DNA of 64,000 nucleotides from a virus (IMGVR_UViG_3300034156_000107); one strand, 5' to 3'. Shown: positions 1-9,829, counted from the first letter of the stretch. Notes: generated from the letters alone by a model not told the origin. Made by a program: numbers and translations.

Positions 1-8
1 GTGTTAAT

Positions 9-233
9 ATGTTTTGCATGTTGGATAATGTGGATATGCCACTGAATGAAGTGGTTGATCTCAATGCAGCAAATATGTACCTGATTGGCTTCATTCTTAT
101 CACGATGATAACGCTTGCTATCACGTTTAATGCTAATTTTCTGGTTATGTTACTTTGTATGGCAGGCAATGGCATATTGAGTCATCTTCTTTGTAAAAAG
201 TCTAAGAAAGCAGCACATGATAAGATAAAGTAG
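9..233 (+). CDS. small hydrophobic protein, possibly N-terminally truncated by the window edge
   Basis: ORF at the window start with a hydrophobic core (LIGFILITMITLAITF); no promoter is visible inside the window. Confidence 0.3.
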   Translation: MFCMLDNVDMPLNEVVDLNAANMYLIGFILITMITLAITFNANFLVMLLCMAGNGILSHLLCKKSKKAAHDKIK

Positions 234-403
234 TAGTATTAGAATATTAAATATGTTCACAAAAAAAATTGATTTACACTTTTATACTATTGCTTATTAT
301 TTTCCTTTTTATAGTGTAAATCGTGAAAAGGTGATTTGTAATTTATATTGACTATTTTTTTTTATATTGTATATTTATATTATAATAAGAATAATAATAA
401 TAT

Positions 404-1537
404 ATGAAAAATAAATCAATGGTTCTTTTGTCTCTTTTAACAGTAAGTATTACGCAAGCTACTTATATGGTTAAAGTAAATTTAGGTGACGAAATAACAT
501 TTTATCAATGGACAAACGACTCTCCATTACTTGGATCTTGGGTCAATTCTGGGGCTGTTTATGATTGTTCTAACTGGTCACCTCTTGTTGAATCCATGAC
601 GACTGGCATGTCTTTTACACAAACAGCAACAGATTGCAAGCAAAATCAAACACAAACTGCTCAAGATAGAGAAATTGATACTGTTACTGGCACCGTTCGT
701 GATATAGGACTTCCTTATACTAATACACAACATATTCCAGCGAGTGATACTCGATTAGCGGTTGGAACTTTAGAAACATGGATAGCTGCATTACCTGAAT
801 TTACATCTTGGGTTGATAACGGTGGCGTTACTAATTGTACAAACTGGTCCCCTGCGACTTCAACAGTGACAATCAATCAAGACTTTACTCAAACAGCCAC
901 AGACTGTACACAAGCTCAAACTCGTTCTAAACAAGATCGTGAACAAGAAACAACGACAGGGGCTTTCAGACATGTTGGTGCTGTTGTAACAGAATCAAAA
1001 AACCTTGTGGCATCGTCTACTCGATTAGCGAAAGGAGCAAAAGAAACATGGGTAGCCATTGCTTCTACTTCTACAGCGTGGGTTAATAATGGTGCATTAA
1101 CAGGTTGTTCTAACTGGTCACCAGCCACATCAACTGTCCCTGCTAACCAAGGATTTACTCAAACGGCTACAGACTGTAAACAACCACAAACTAGCACTAG
1201 ACAAGATCGTGAACAAGAAACAACAACCTTAGCTATTCGTAATAAAGGTGTTGCAGTTACTGAAAACCAAAACATTACAACAACATCTACCAGAACAGCT
1301 ACTGGCACTAAAGTGGCTCAGCAATGTTTGTATGATACTTATAACTATAATTGGTCACATGGTTTTGCTTACACAACTACAATCGTATGGGCTGGACAAG
1401 TCTTGTTTGACAACTCTTGGACTAGTGAACTTGGGGCTTATTCTTCTATGGTTATTGGCGGCTTTAAGTATAGTCGTGGTGCAGATGGTCCTGATTATCC
1501 GGGGATGTCTTATTACATTTGTAGAGAGCCTATTTAA
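404..1537 (+). CDS. secreted modular repeat protein (signal peptide, 3 tandem ~80 aa Cys-containing repeats, conserved C-terminal YYICREP domain)
   Basis: Signal peptide MKNKSMVLLSLLTVSITQA. Repeats contain NWSPATSTV...FTQTATDC...QDREQETTTG. C-terminus GGFKYSRG...YYICREPI. AT-rich upstream region. Confidence 0.8.
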   Translation: MKNKSMVLLSLLTVSITQATYMVKVNLGDEITFYQWTNDSPLLGSWVNSGAVYDCSNWSPLVESMTTGMSFTQTATDCKQNQTQTAQDREIDTVTGTVRDIGLPYTNTQHIPASDTRLAVGTLETWIAALPEFTSWVDNGGVTNCTNWSPATSTVTINQDFTQTATDCTQAQTRSKQDREQETTTGAFRHVGAVVTESKNLVASSTRLAKGAKETWVAIASTSTAWVNNGALTGCSNWSPATSTVPANQGFTQTATDCKQPQTSTRQDREQETTTLAIRNKGVAVTENQNITTTSTRTATGTKVAQQCLYDTYNYNWSHGFAYTTTIVWAGQVLFDNSWTSELGAYSSMVIGGFKYSRGADGPDYPGMSYYICREPI

Positions 1538-1599
1538 AAATTTAGAAAAGTCCAATGATGGGCTTTTTTACTTACAGCCTTAAACGTTATAATTTATAG

Positions 1600-1629
1600 G
1601 TTTACAGAAGCCTTGATTTTTGGTATAAT
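1600..1629 (+). promoter_or_regulatory. T4-early-like promoter (-35 GTTTAC, 17 nt spacer, extended -10 TGGTATAAT)
   Basis: gtttacagaagccttgatttTGGTATAAT lies 28 nt upstream of the ATG at 1658. Confidence 0.55.
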
Positions 1630-1657
1630 GATACCATCTTAAAAAGGTGTAATCGTT

Positions 1658-2383
1658 ATGTCTAAAATCAACAGTAGCAAAAGTAATGGCACATTGTTTG
1701 AGCAGATTGGCTTGGCGTTCATCGCTACTGCCGGTCAGCCTTACTTTGCCAATAACGGCTACATCGCCACCTCCGACGCAGACATTGCTCGTTGGGTTGA
1801 GAACGACTATGACCTTTTCACCAAATACCTTAAACCAGATGGCTTTCGTCGTGGTTGGGGCGTTCAAGGTAAAATTCACATCGGCAACATTCGTATTGAC
1901 CCAGACTTCTTTGACATGGAGACAGGTAGCCTTTACGAATTCAAATATCAGGAAAGCAGTGGTTCGATGATTGAAAAGCTTTACAAAAACTTTTTGACCT
2001 ATCAAGCCATTAAAGATCCTTCGTTCATTGTTCATCATGGCGTTGGTTTCAGTGACCGGTTCTTTTCTTGCTTGAATGAACATCGCCAGTTCATGAAACA
2101 CCCTGACTTGACCCAGTTCATTACATTTAATCAGTTTGTTCAAGAAAAACTTGGTTTGTCGATTGACGTAAGTGAGTCTCATATGTCGATTGCTACTGAT
2201 AAGGCTGCAACAGCGGCTGTTCGTCGCAAGCATGTTAAGTTAAAGGATTACGTTGAACGTGTTGTTTACGACACAAAAAGCAACAAGGAAATTGCTCGCT
2301 TCAAAACACTGCAACTGCTTGAAGACGCATCGAATGATGGCTTCAAGGATGACAATTTCTTTAAAAAATGCTCTTTCAACTAA
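1658..2383 (+). CDS. hypothetical protein
   Basis: 241 aa ORF with RBS aaaggtg and an own promoter. Confidence 0.8.
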   Translation: MSKINSSKSNGTLFEQIGLAFIATAGQPYFANNGYIATSDADIARWVENDYDLFTKYLKPDGFRRGWGVQGKIHIGNIRIDPDFFDMETGSLYEFKYQESSGSMIEKLYKNFLTYQAIKDPSFIVHHGVGFSDRFFSCLNEHRQFMKHPDLTQFITFNQFVQEKLGLSIDVSESHMSIATDKAATAAVRRKHVKLKDYVERVVYDTKSNKEIARFKTLQLLEDASNDGFKDDNFFKKCSFN

Positions 2384-2396
2384 TTAGGAACTTTTT

Positions 2397-2684
2397 ATGA
2401 CTGCCTTGCAAACTGCTGAATTGATTGAATCACCGTTTATGAAAGTGAACAAAGGTCTAGAAATTGTGGGCAACTGGCCTAAGCATATTCGTGCATTGGC
2501 TGATGGCACTGCTGTTGAAGAACTTCGTTGTGCTTGTTTTTACTACATCCATAAAAAGACGCCAAAATTGCAGTCTGAAATTATGACTGATGACATTACT
2601 GACAGTGTAATTAACGTTATCAATATTATTGAAAAATTGGCGAATGAAATCCTTGGCAGAGACGGGCCAATTGTGGTAGAATAA
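2397..2684 (+). CDS. hypothetical protein
   Basis: 95 aa ORF 13 nt after the previous stop, on the same strand. Confidence 0.6.
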   Translation: MTALQTAELIESPFMKVNKGLEIVGNWPKHIRALADGTAVEELRCACFYYIHKKTPKLQSEIMTDDITDSVINVINIIEKLANEILGRDGPIVVE

Positions 2685-2716
2685 CCTATCTTAAACAAAC
2701 CAGCGAGATTAAAACA

Positions 2717-3100
2717 ATGGAACTCACTTTGAAAGCCATTCAAATTGCAAAAGAAGCCCATGAGTCGGTTGTCACTGCACAGAAGACTTACAAAAGAACT
2801 CAGGGGCTTATTCGTGAAGCTATCGCCGCTGAACACCCGCTTAGTTCGTTGGTCGGTAAAGACTACATTTATACGCGAGCTATGTGGGGCACACCCAACA
2901 AAGGCGTTACTGATGCGGACTACCTTAAACAACACGAGCATATGCAAGCCTATCAGCTTGAGTTTGGTGACAATCCAGAAAACCATTATGGTTTTGAACA
3001 AGGTGCCATTTACGCTTGTTATGTGTGTCTGGAACATGATTCCAGTTTTGACGAAGAACATCCAGAATTTTGGGAACTCTTGTTCGTCAAAGTCAACTAA
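2717..3100 (+). CDS. hypothetical protein
   Basis: 127 aa ORF, followed by a terminator at 3118-3143. Confidence 0.7.
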   Translation: MELTLKAIQIAKEAHESVVTAQKTYKRTQGLIREAIAAEHPLSSLVGKDYIYTRAMWGTPNKGVTDADYLKQHEHMQAYQLEFGDNPENHYGFEQGAIYACYVCLEHDSSFDEEHPEFWELLFVKVN

Positions 3101-3117
3101 CACGGCTACATCGTATA

Positions 3118-3143
3118 AGGCATCCTTCGGGGTGCCTTTTTTA
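3118..3143 (+). terminator. intrinsic terminator
   Basis: Hairpin aggcatcc-ttcg-ggggtgcct followed by TTTTTT. Confidence 0.7.
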
Positions 3144-3201
3144 TTGAATACTGTTTCTATTTGTGGTATAATAGTCCATCTTAACGAAAAGAGTATTTGC
3201 C

Positions 3202-3717
3202 ATGCATAATGACAGCACGCTCATGTATTGCTTATTGCTACTTGCTGTGTTTGCTTTTGTGATTTACCACGTAGGTATGCACAGAATCAATCATGAATTC
3301 AAGAATCCTCCCGATACAGGTGATTGGGTCAACTTCTTTGATGAATACAAAGACATGATGTCTTCTGTTATTCAAGGACCACTTCAGTATGCTGATAGCT
3401 GGCTTGGCCGCCATGTCATTTACAAATACCTCGATGACAAAGCAACCGTTAATGGTCGTAAAATTGATTGTTGTTCAGTTAAAATCAAGTTTATGTTGAA
3501 AACCTACAAAGATGGTCGCCGGGAAATTCATGCTGACACTGAAAGCCATTACGGCAAACCAGAATTTTACAATGGTGAAGTTCATGAAAATTATGATGTG
3601 GGTGGCAAAAGTTTTGTCGCGGATGTGAATAACTTTAATCAGATGTGGAAAGAAATCCTTGAATATCATTTTTCTGTCAAACTTGATGGAAAGACTGACA
3701 AAATCAAGATGTCTTAA
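3202..3717 (+). CDS. hypothetical protein with N-terminal TM helix
   Basis: Promoter tgtggtataat and RBS aaaagag; hydrophobic N-terminus LLLLAVFAFVIY; terminator at 3733-3758. Confidence 0.75.
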   Translation: MHNDSTLMYCLLLLAVFAFVIYHVGMHRINHEFKNPPDTGDWVNFFDEYKDMMSSVIQGPLQYADSWLGRHVIYKYLDDKATVNGRKIDCCSVKIKFMLKTYKDGRREIHADTESHYGKPEFYNGEVHENYDVGGKSFVADVNNFNQMWKEILEYHFSVKLDGKTDKIKMS

Positions 3718-3732
3718 ATAACCTTCATTTAA

Positions 3733-3758
3733 AAACATCCTTCGGGATGTTTTTTTTG
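3733..3758 (+). terminator. intrinsic terminator
   Basis: Hairpin acatccttcgggatgt plus a T-run. Confidence 0.7.
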
Positions 3759-3806
3759 CTTATTTTTTAATGATGTGTTATTATCAGGCATTATTGGAGA
3801 AATCAT

Positions 3807-4028
3807 ATGTCAGTATTAACGTTACGAGTGGTTAAAAGTGGCTCAATAGGTTCAATAGACACATTCAAAGTTCAACAGCGGAAGTTCATTTTCTGGGTTG
3901 ATTTTAAAGAAGGTGGCGTTGTTCGCACGTTCGATAGTCTCGTTTTGGCGAATATGTATGCTCAATTGAAAGCACGGTCAATGAAAGGCAAGTTTATTGA
4001 TCGCAAAATAAAAAGCAATGTGGTATAA
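3807..4028 (+). CDS. hypothetical protein
   Basis: 73 aa ORF with RBS ggaga and a tgtgttattat -10-like element upstream. Confidence 0.6.
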   Translation: MSVLTLRVVKSGSIGSIDTFKVQQRKFIFWVDFKEGGVVRTFDSLVLANMYAQLKARSMKGKFIDRKIKSNVV

Positions 4029-4052
4029 TAGGTCATTCTTACGGAGAACGAC

Positions 4053-4550
4053 ATGAAATACATTAAAATTAAAGACACTGTTGTTGTTTTTGACGAAGTG
4101 ACCAATCACGGTTTTATGGCTCGATTGTTGGGTAACGAAGACGAAGTTCAGTCAGCCGGTTTTGTCAAAGTGTTCCCTACATCGGGCAACACTATCCGTC
4201 TCAGTGTGGGTGGACGAAGCAACACCTTGAAAATCGACTCCAATCCTGCTGACAAAGCCATTGTTGAAGAACACTTTAAAATGTCGGCTGATAGTCCTGT
4301 TAACTTTATCAGCACAGAAGACACCTTCATTCTTTTTCCAATGAATGCACCTTTTGATGTTGTTGATGCCATGAAGACCATCTGGCCCGGTGCTGAATTC
4401 GTTCATGGTCAACTGTCTTTTGAAACCGTTGAAAGTGATGACTTCCGTTATAACTCTGGCTATAAGGCTGTTCCGAAGTTTTCAAATGTCGTAGGCACTG
4501 TCAGCAATGACCTGCTGTTTACCATTGATTTCAATATTCGGGCAGATTAA
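4053..4550 (+). CDS. hypothetical protein
   Basis: 165 aa ORF with RBS acggaga. Confidence 0.7.
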   Translation: MKYIKIKDTVVVFDEVTNHGFMARLLGNEDEVQSAGFVKVFPTSGNTIRLSVGGRSNTLKIDSNPADKAIVEEHFKMSADSPVNFISTEDTFILFPMNAPFDVVDAMKTIWPGAEFVHGQLSFETVESDDFRYNSGYKAVPKFSNVVGTVSNDLLFTIDFNIRAD

Positions 4551-4623
4551 TCTGCCTTTTCCTATACATCAAGCTCATTTAATGGTATAATTGAGCCATC
4601 TTAAATAACATAGGTATTTCGAT

Positions 4624-4902
4624 ATGGCTTTCTTCAGTGTTATCAAGCAAGTTGAGTTTAAAACCGTTCAAGATGTTTTGAAATCGGCTCCTTTTGCTGT
4701 TCGTCCACGAATGGATAAAGGTGATATTGCTTTGTTTATATACTTTGAAGATGCTCATAAAAATATGATTGAAATTGGATCGATTACTCTTTCTGTTGCT
4801 TTCATGGCTGACAAGGAAAATTTTGGCGGAAAAACCATCGAAGAATGGATTGCTGATCATGCAGATGAAGTTATTCCATCGGGTGTTTTTAAAAATAATT
4901 AA
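4624..4902 (+). CDS. hypothetical protein
   Basis: Promoter ggtataat; terminator aaccagcttcggctggtt+T at 4928-4950. Confidence 0.7.
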   Translation: MAFFSVIKQVEFKTVQDVLKSAPFAVRPRMDKGDIALFIYFEDAHKNMIEIGSITLSVAFMADKENFGGKTIEEWIADHADEVIPSGVFKNN

Positions 4903-5102
4903 AAAAAGATAAGTTTCCACCTTAATCAAACCAGCTTCGGCTGGTTTTTTACTGGTCACAGAAAAAGTTATGGGTTTACCTGTCACTTTAAATCAAATTA
5001 ATTACCTCATTTTTGCTTATAAACGCTTTTTGAGAATGATTAGCATTATTGACAAATACAAATATTGTGATAGTATATGACCAACAAACAGAGGGTATGT
5101 AT

Positions 5103-5456
5103 ATGAAAAATAACAATTTATTAATCGCTGCAGTTTTACCAATTGTTTATGGTGCTTACAAATATTACACTGACAAAGACTTTAAAGCTAAAGTAACAAC
5201 CAATTTAGATAAAATTTATAATTCAGTTGATAGTGGAGCACAAAAGTTGAAAAGACGTGTAGGGCACGCAGAAATAGAGCTTAAATCATTTTTCAATGAA
5301 GCCTATGATGAGTTAAAGCTTACAGATGAGCAAATCGAAGACATTCACGAGGTCTTGAACAATAAAACGTCTGGTCTTGTGAATCGCGTCAAAAAGCTTC
5401 TTAACGAAGAGCAGAGAAAAATTTATGAATCTTCATTACACACATTGAAAAAGTGA
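5103..5456 (+). CDS. hypothetical protein with N-terminal hydrophobic segment
   Basis: TTGACA-N16-TAGTAT promoter and RBS agaggg. Start chosen at MKNNNLLIAAVLPIVYG, in frame with track ORF 5049. Confidence 0.55.
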   Translation: MKNNNLLIAAVLPIVYGAYKYYTDKDFKAKVTTNLDKIYNSVDSGAQKLKRRVGHAEIELKSFFNEAYDELKLTDEQIEDIHEVLNNKTSGLVNRVKKLLNEEQRKIYESSLHTLKK

Positions 5457-5568
5457 ATATTCATATATAACAGAGGTCGTAATAACCTTTTGGACGGCTG
5501 TTCATAAACGATTGTATCCATCTACAATTGATTACAAAAAATAAACTTTCCTTTGGAGGCAAAATTCT

Positions 5569-5712
5569 ATGAATACACAACAGAATCAATCTCAAAATAA
5601 AAATGAACAAGGTAAGCAAAATCTGAAACAACCACAACCACAAACTGGGACTAAGCAAACACAGGCAAAACCTGCCGAGAAGGCACAAAGTCCTACTCAA
5701 AAACACAAGTAG
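5569..5712 (+). CDS. small Q/K-rich peptide (47 aa)
   Basis: Strong RBS ggagg 8 nt before the ATG. Sequence MNTQQNQSQNKNEQGKQ...; below the ORF-track length cutoff. Confidence 0.4.
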   Translation: MNTQQNQSQNKNEQGKQNLKQPQPQTGTKQTQAKPAEKAQSPTQKHK

Positions 5713-6085
5713 GACATAAATAAGTGTTAACCCTATGACCTTCGGGCCACAATCAAAGTCTATTACTATGTAGACTTAAGAAAGAAAACTATTTGAAATT
5801 TCAAATACACGAAAACCCAGTTATTCTGGGTTTTTTTGTGTGGCAATGAATATCTATTTTTACGGGTTTTTGTATGTGACGGTTTATTTTTATAATACGG
5901 AATTATGTCACTTCTTGTTTTTTTTGTAGAAATAAATTATTTTACAACAATAATAACCCAAAAAAACCTTAATAAAGCTATTAATCTCCATTAAAAATAA
6001 CATAATTAAAAAATTCCTCGTTTTAAATATATTAATTAATTATAAAATTTAAAAAAACAGTCTATATTAATAGTATTATATGTGG

Positions 6086-6098
6086 TATTATAGTATTA
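6086..6098 (+). promoter_or_regulatory. TATTATAGTATTA upstream motif of the secreted-protein gene class
   Basis: The same or near-same 13-mer recurs 30-40 nt upstream of the secreted genes at 6122, 39825, 56479(-), 32735(-) and 7509. Confidence 0.35.
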
Positions 6099-6121
6099 AT
6101 ACAACAACAATATATATAAAT

Positions 6122-7255
6122 ATGAAAAAAGCAATAATACTTTCATTATCAGCCTTAGCAGTGAGTGTTTCACAAGCTGCGTATATGGTAAAAGTTAACT
6201 TAGGTGAAGAAGTCACGTTTTTTCAGTGGGCTGCAGAACAACCAGTTCTAGGACCGTGGGTTGACACTGGACCAGTTTATGACTGTTCAGACTGGACACC
6301 AGACCCTTCAACTATTACTGTTAACATGAATTTTACACAAACAGCGACTGATTGCAAACAAAATCAAGAACAAACTGCTCAAGATAGAGAAATTGATACT
6401 GTTTCTGGCACCGTGCGTGATAGTGGTGATCCTTATGTCAATACTCAATATATTACAGTAGGCAATACTCGTGCTGCAGTTGGCTTGTTAGAATCATGGG
6501 TTGCTGCATTACCTGAATTTACATCTTGGGTTAATAATGGTGCATTAACAGGTTGTTCTAACTGGTCACCTGCGACTTCAACAGTGACAATCAATCAAGA
6601 TTTCACTCAAACAGCCACAGACTGTACACAAGCTCAAACTCGTTCTAAACAAGATCGTGAACAAGAAACAACCACAGGTTCTTTTAGAAATGTTGGTGCT
6701 GTCGTAACAGAATCACAAAACCTTGTGGCATCTTCTACTCGATTAGCGAAAGGATCAAAAGAAACATGGGTAGCCATTGCCTCTACTTCTACAGCGTGGG
6801 TTAATAATGGTGCATTAACAGGTTGTTCTAACTGGTCACCAGCCACATCAACTGTCAATGCTAACCAAGCGTTTACTCAGACAGCAACAGACTGCAAACA
6901 ACCACAAACTAGCACTAGACAAGATCGTGAGCAAGAAACAACAACCTTAGCTATTCGTAATAAAGGCGTTGCGGTTACTGAAAACCAAAATCTCACTACA
7001 TCATCTACTAGATCAGCTATTGGTACTAAATCTTCTACTATATGTCGTTTTAATGAAGTAACAGACAATGTAACGAATTATGGCTCTATTGCTAGCTACT
7101 CATTCACATGGGATGGCGAGTGGTTTTATATGGGCGATGGTGGTCCAGTGTTAAATTATAATGGTTATAGATATACTATTTCATCCTTTGTAAAAACTGT
7201 ATATTCTACTTATCTTCAAACTCATTACTATACTATATGTAGAACACCTCTATAA
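6122..7255 (+). CDS. secreted modular repeat protein, paralogue of 404..1537
   Basis: Signal peptide MKKAIILSLSALAVSVSQA. About 480 bp of the repeat core is roughly 93-95% identical in DNA to 841-1320. C-terminus YYTICRTPL. Confidence 0.8.
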   Translation: MKKAIILSLSALAVSVSQAAYMVKVNLGEEVTFFQWAAEQPVLGPWVDTGPVYDCSDWTPDPSTITVNMNFTQTATDCKQNQEQTAQDREIDTVSGTVRDSGDPYVNTQYITVGNTRAAVGLLESWVAALPEFTSWVNNGALTGCSNWSPATSTVTINQDFTQTATDCTQAQTRSKQDREQETTTGSFRNVGAVVTESQNLVASSTRLAKGSKETWVAIASTSTAWVNNGALTGCSNWSPATSTVNANQAFTQTATDCKQPQTSTRQDREQETTTLAIRNKGVAVTENQNLTTSSTRSAIGTKSSTICRFNEVTDNVTNYGSIASYSFTWDGEWFYMGDGGPVLNYNGYRYTISSFVKTVYSTYLQTHYYTICRTPL

Positions 7256-7265
7256 TTGAACTAAA

Positions 7266-7300
7266 AAGAAACAAAGCCCGAAAGGGCTTTTTCTTTGTTT
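7266..7300 (+). terminator. intrinsic terminator
   Basis: aaagcccgaaagggcttttt embedded in a longer imperfect stem. Confidence 0.65.
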
Positions 7301-7508
7301 TTAACTATATTTTATGATGTTATGTAAAACGGATTCTTACTAATACCGACACATAAACTAAAACGGATTAATACACACAAAAAAGTGCCTAAAAAAACAC
7401 GTCCATTATTTTTCATATTATGATAATATTTATATTTACTTAATTTAATTGATTATTTTAAAAATTAAATAAGACAACTCTTGATATTCATTTTGGCTTA
7501 CTTTATGT

Positions 7509-9026
7509 TTGTTATTTACATGTTATTATAGTATTAGAATGATAATTAATGATGAGCCTATTATGACAGATATTAAAATGTTAATGATTGAAAACCTTGT
7601 TACAGGTCAGTTAACCAACTTTTCACCCATGACAATAGATCAAAGTATTAATCAATTAAAAAATCAAGAACGTTTAAATAATGAGATTAGTACTCTCTTT
7701 GACAACATTTCGCCCACTGATAGATTTGTTATTCAAGGTTCCTTTCAAAAACCAGTAGACACCATTAAAGAGCTTCAGTTATCCTCGATTTCCACTGGGC
7801 TTGTCGCTCTTGCTACTCAAGAACTTGAATTTGCCAATCATGGATCAGATTATGTTAGTTTGTCACTTATAAAAAAGGCTTATGATAAGTTTGACGACAA
7901 TGTAGCATTATCAGAAAAAGGACAGGCGTTACTTAATAAATATAACTTACAACCTAGTCAACTTACAGCATTTGATTCAGATGAGTTAATGAACAATATT
8001 AAAAACAGTCAACAAAACTTGTCAGTTAGTTACCTTACACAAAAAACTAATACATTCATGATACATGCACTCCCGTCCTTTAAACCAGAAGATAACAGTC
8101 CATTGAGTGGGGTTAATTCACCACAACAAAAAATTGAAATATTACGATCAGTTAATCCTGAAATTTCTTGTTCTACGTTTAAAAGTGGAATCACCCACGT
8201 TGGACAAGATTTTGGCGGTACCGGTATAGGTGTCATTATTTCATCTGGTATGGTTAAAATGGCTTCATCTTCTGATATGGGATCGCGTGTTGATTCTAAT
8301 GGTGAGCGATCCGCTCTTGGTCAGTCTGCTGTCTCACAATTAGAAGTAGAAGAAGTCTTCAACAACCGTGTCAGTGGAGAAGGATACAATGAAGTTATTG
8401 TGAAAAATCCTATGATTGCTGGTGTTTACATCAATTTGGACAATCAAGAATATGATGATCAAAAACGTACTTTTGCACAAAAACTAAATCCAGAGCATGT
8501 ATTTCAAATAGCCAACCATTTGAAAATGATGGCTAATGACGACTTTAAAAGCTTGCCTATTTATACCATATATAAGGGGGAAATTAGAGAGTCTCAATTA
8601 AACATAACAGCACTTAGCCGATTTTTACCAGAAGCTTTAAAAGGTGATGTTGCAAAATATAATGATGACAAGTACAGAGAAAACCTCACGTCAGAAGATA
8701 TTATGAAAAGAAAAGAATGGAAAAGTTTAACGAATGATGAGTTTGTTGCTATTGCTTATCATCGTGGAGACAGCCTGAACCATAAAGACCTTCATCATAA
8801 AGGCCAAGAGCATGAATTAACCAATTTAAGAAAATTAGAAATTTTGGATAAACATCAACATTCGCTGAAAGGTGATTTAGCCTCACTCAAAATAAATGAT
8901 AGACGATTAGATAATGTAGAAGAATATTTGAATGTGAATTTATCATCACTTGATAATTTGAATCATCAGAAATCTGTTGATTACATTCCAAGCTATCAAC
9001 ATAAGCACAAAAATAAGATAAATTAA
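7509..9026 (+). CDS. large hypothetical protein (505 aa) in the AT-rich island
   Basis: Long ORF with the upstream motif ttattatagtatta. True start uncertain (alternative ATGs at 7536 and 7563). Confidence 0.55.
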   Translation: MLFTCYYSIRMIINDEPIMTDIKMLMIENLVTGQLTNFSPMTIDQSINQLKNQERLNNEISTLFDNISPTDRFVIQGSFQKPVDTIKELQLSSISTGLVALATQELEFANHGSDYVSLSLIKKAYDKFDDNVALSEKGQALLNKYNLQPSQLTAFDSDELMNNIKNSQQNLSVSYLTQKTNTFMIHALPSFKPEDNSPLSGVNSPQQKIEILRSVNPEISCSTFKSGITHVGQDFGGTGIGVIISSGMVKMASSSDMGSRVDSNGERSALGQSAVSQLEVEEVFNNRVSGEGYNEVIVKNPMIAGVYINLDNQEYDDQKRTFAQKLNPEHVFQIANHLKMMANDDFKSLPIYTIYKGEIRESQLNITALSRFLPEALKGDVAKYNDDKYRENLTSEDIMKRKEWKSLTNDEFVAIAYHRGDSLNHKDLHHKGQEHELTNLRKLEILDKHQHSLKGDLASLKINDRRLDNVEEYLNVNLSSLDNLNHQKSVDYIPSYQHKHKNKIN

Positions 9027-9107
9027 TGAATACTGCTTGGACATAGGCTTGTTTTTAGGCTTATTTTGACGTACAATTGAGCAATCTTAATGAGAAGGTA
9101 ACTAATC

Positions 9108-9818
9108 ATGCGTAACTCAACTGTTTACTTGAATATTCCCATGCAAGCTCGTTGGGCTTGGCTGGAAGCTGAAAAAGCAGAATACAATGCCTTGATGAAG
9201 CAACCGGGTACTGCTTACCATGACCACATCTATAACACCATTCAGAATGATTTCTCCAATAAGCTGAAAGTCTCGAATGTAGCTGTTCTGATTCGTCTTG
9301 TTAAGTCTCTCTCTACTACCACTTTCCGTAAAGATGCACCTGATGATTGGTCGATTGCTTTCACTGAAATTCATCGGGCGATCAAAAGATTCTCGCTAAC
9401 CACAGATGAGACTACTGAACTATCTCAGTATATTGAAGTGCCACGCACCATTGAAAAAGACTTTTTTGCGACTGAATGGCGAGTGGTGACTGGTGTTTCT
9501 TCCGGTCTACAAACTGATGTTTTGGGCCGTGAAAAAAGTTTTATCTTCCTAGATATGGACTCAGAAACAAACCGAAAACGAGCACCCACAGCTTCATGTT
9601 TAAAGCTCTGGGAAGGTTTTCCAGACGCTAATGGCGATCTTCCGGGTGTTAAGCCTGCTTTGGCAGATGCTTTGGCAATGGCCGCGTCTAAAGACATGTA
9701 TTCAGCTCTCTTAGCCGTAATGAATTCAGGTGTGAAACTGCCTGATGACGTTCAAGAACAACTGGATAAAGCATTTGATAAAGCCAATGGCGATTATTTC
9801 TACAAAACAACGAATTAA
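9108..9818 (+). CDS. hypothetical protein
   Basis: 236 aa ORF with RBS gagaagg. Confidence 0.75.
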   Translation: MRNSTVYLNIPMQARWAWLEAEKAEYNALMKQPGTAYHDHIYNTIQNDFSNKLKVSNVAVLIRLVKSLSTTTFRKDAPDDWSIAFTEIHRAIKRFSLTTDETTELSQYIEVPRTIEKDFFATEWRVVTGVSSGLQTDVLGREKSFIFLDMDSETNRKRAPTASCLKLWEGFPDANGDLPGVKPALADALAMAASKDMYSALLAVMNSGVKLPDDVQEQLDKAFDKANGDYFYKTTN

Positions 9819-9829
9819 TTGAAAAAAGT

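Noticed and set aside
916-1128. Minus-strand ORFs 916..1128 and 6634..6858 (near-identical 70/74 aa), plus 6877..7068
   Set aside because: They are antisense to the conserved repeat core of the two secreted-repeat genes. Their similarity just mirrors the sense-strand duplication, and they have no RBS or promoter.
1580-2233. Long minus-strand ORFs antisense to clear + strand genes (1580..2233, 2543..3103, 12595..13296, 33274..33939, 43338..43874, 57600..58193, 60279..60845, 62095..62622, 62796..63410)
   Set aside because: Each fully overlaps a + strand gene that has promoter, RBS and terminator signals. The minus frames have no signals of their own and odd composition. This is typical shadow-ORF behaviour.
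5461-5706. Minus-strand ORF 5461..5706 (81 aa, Leu/Cys-rich)
   Set aside because: It overlaps the better-supported + strand small ORF (5569..5712, strong RBS). Low-complexity translation of an AT-rich spacer.
404-7255. Diversity-generating retroelement (template/variable repeat) explanation for the near-identical repeats in the secreted genes
   Set aside because: No reverse transcriptase or accessory gene is in the window. The differences between copies are not adenine-biased, so recombination or gene conversion is the simpler reading.
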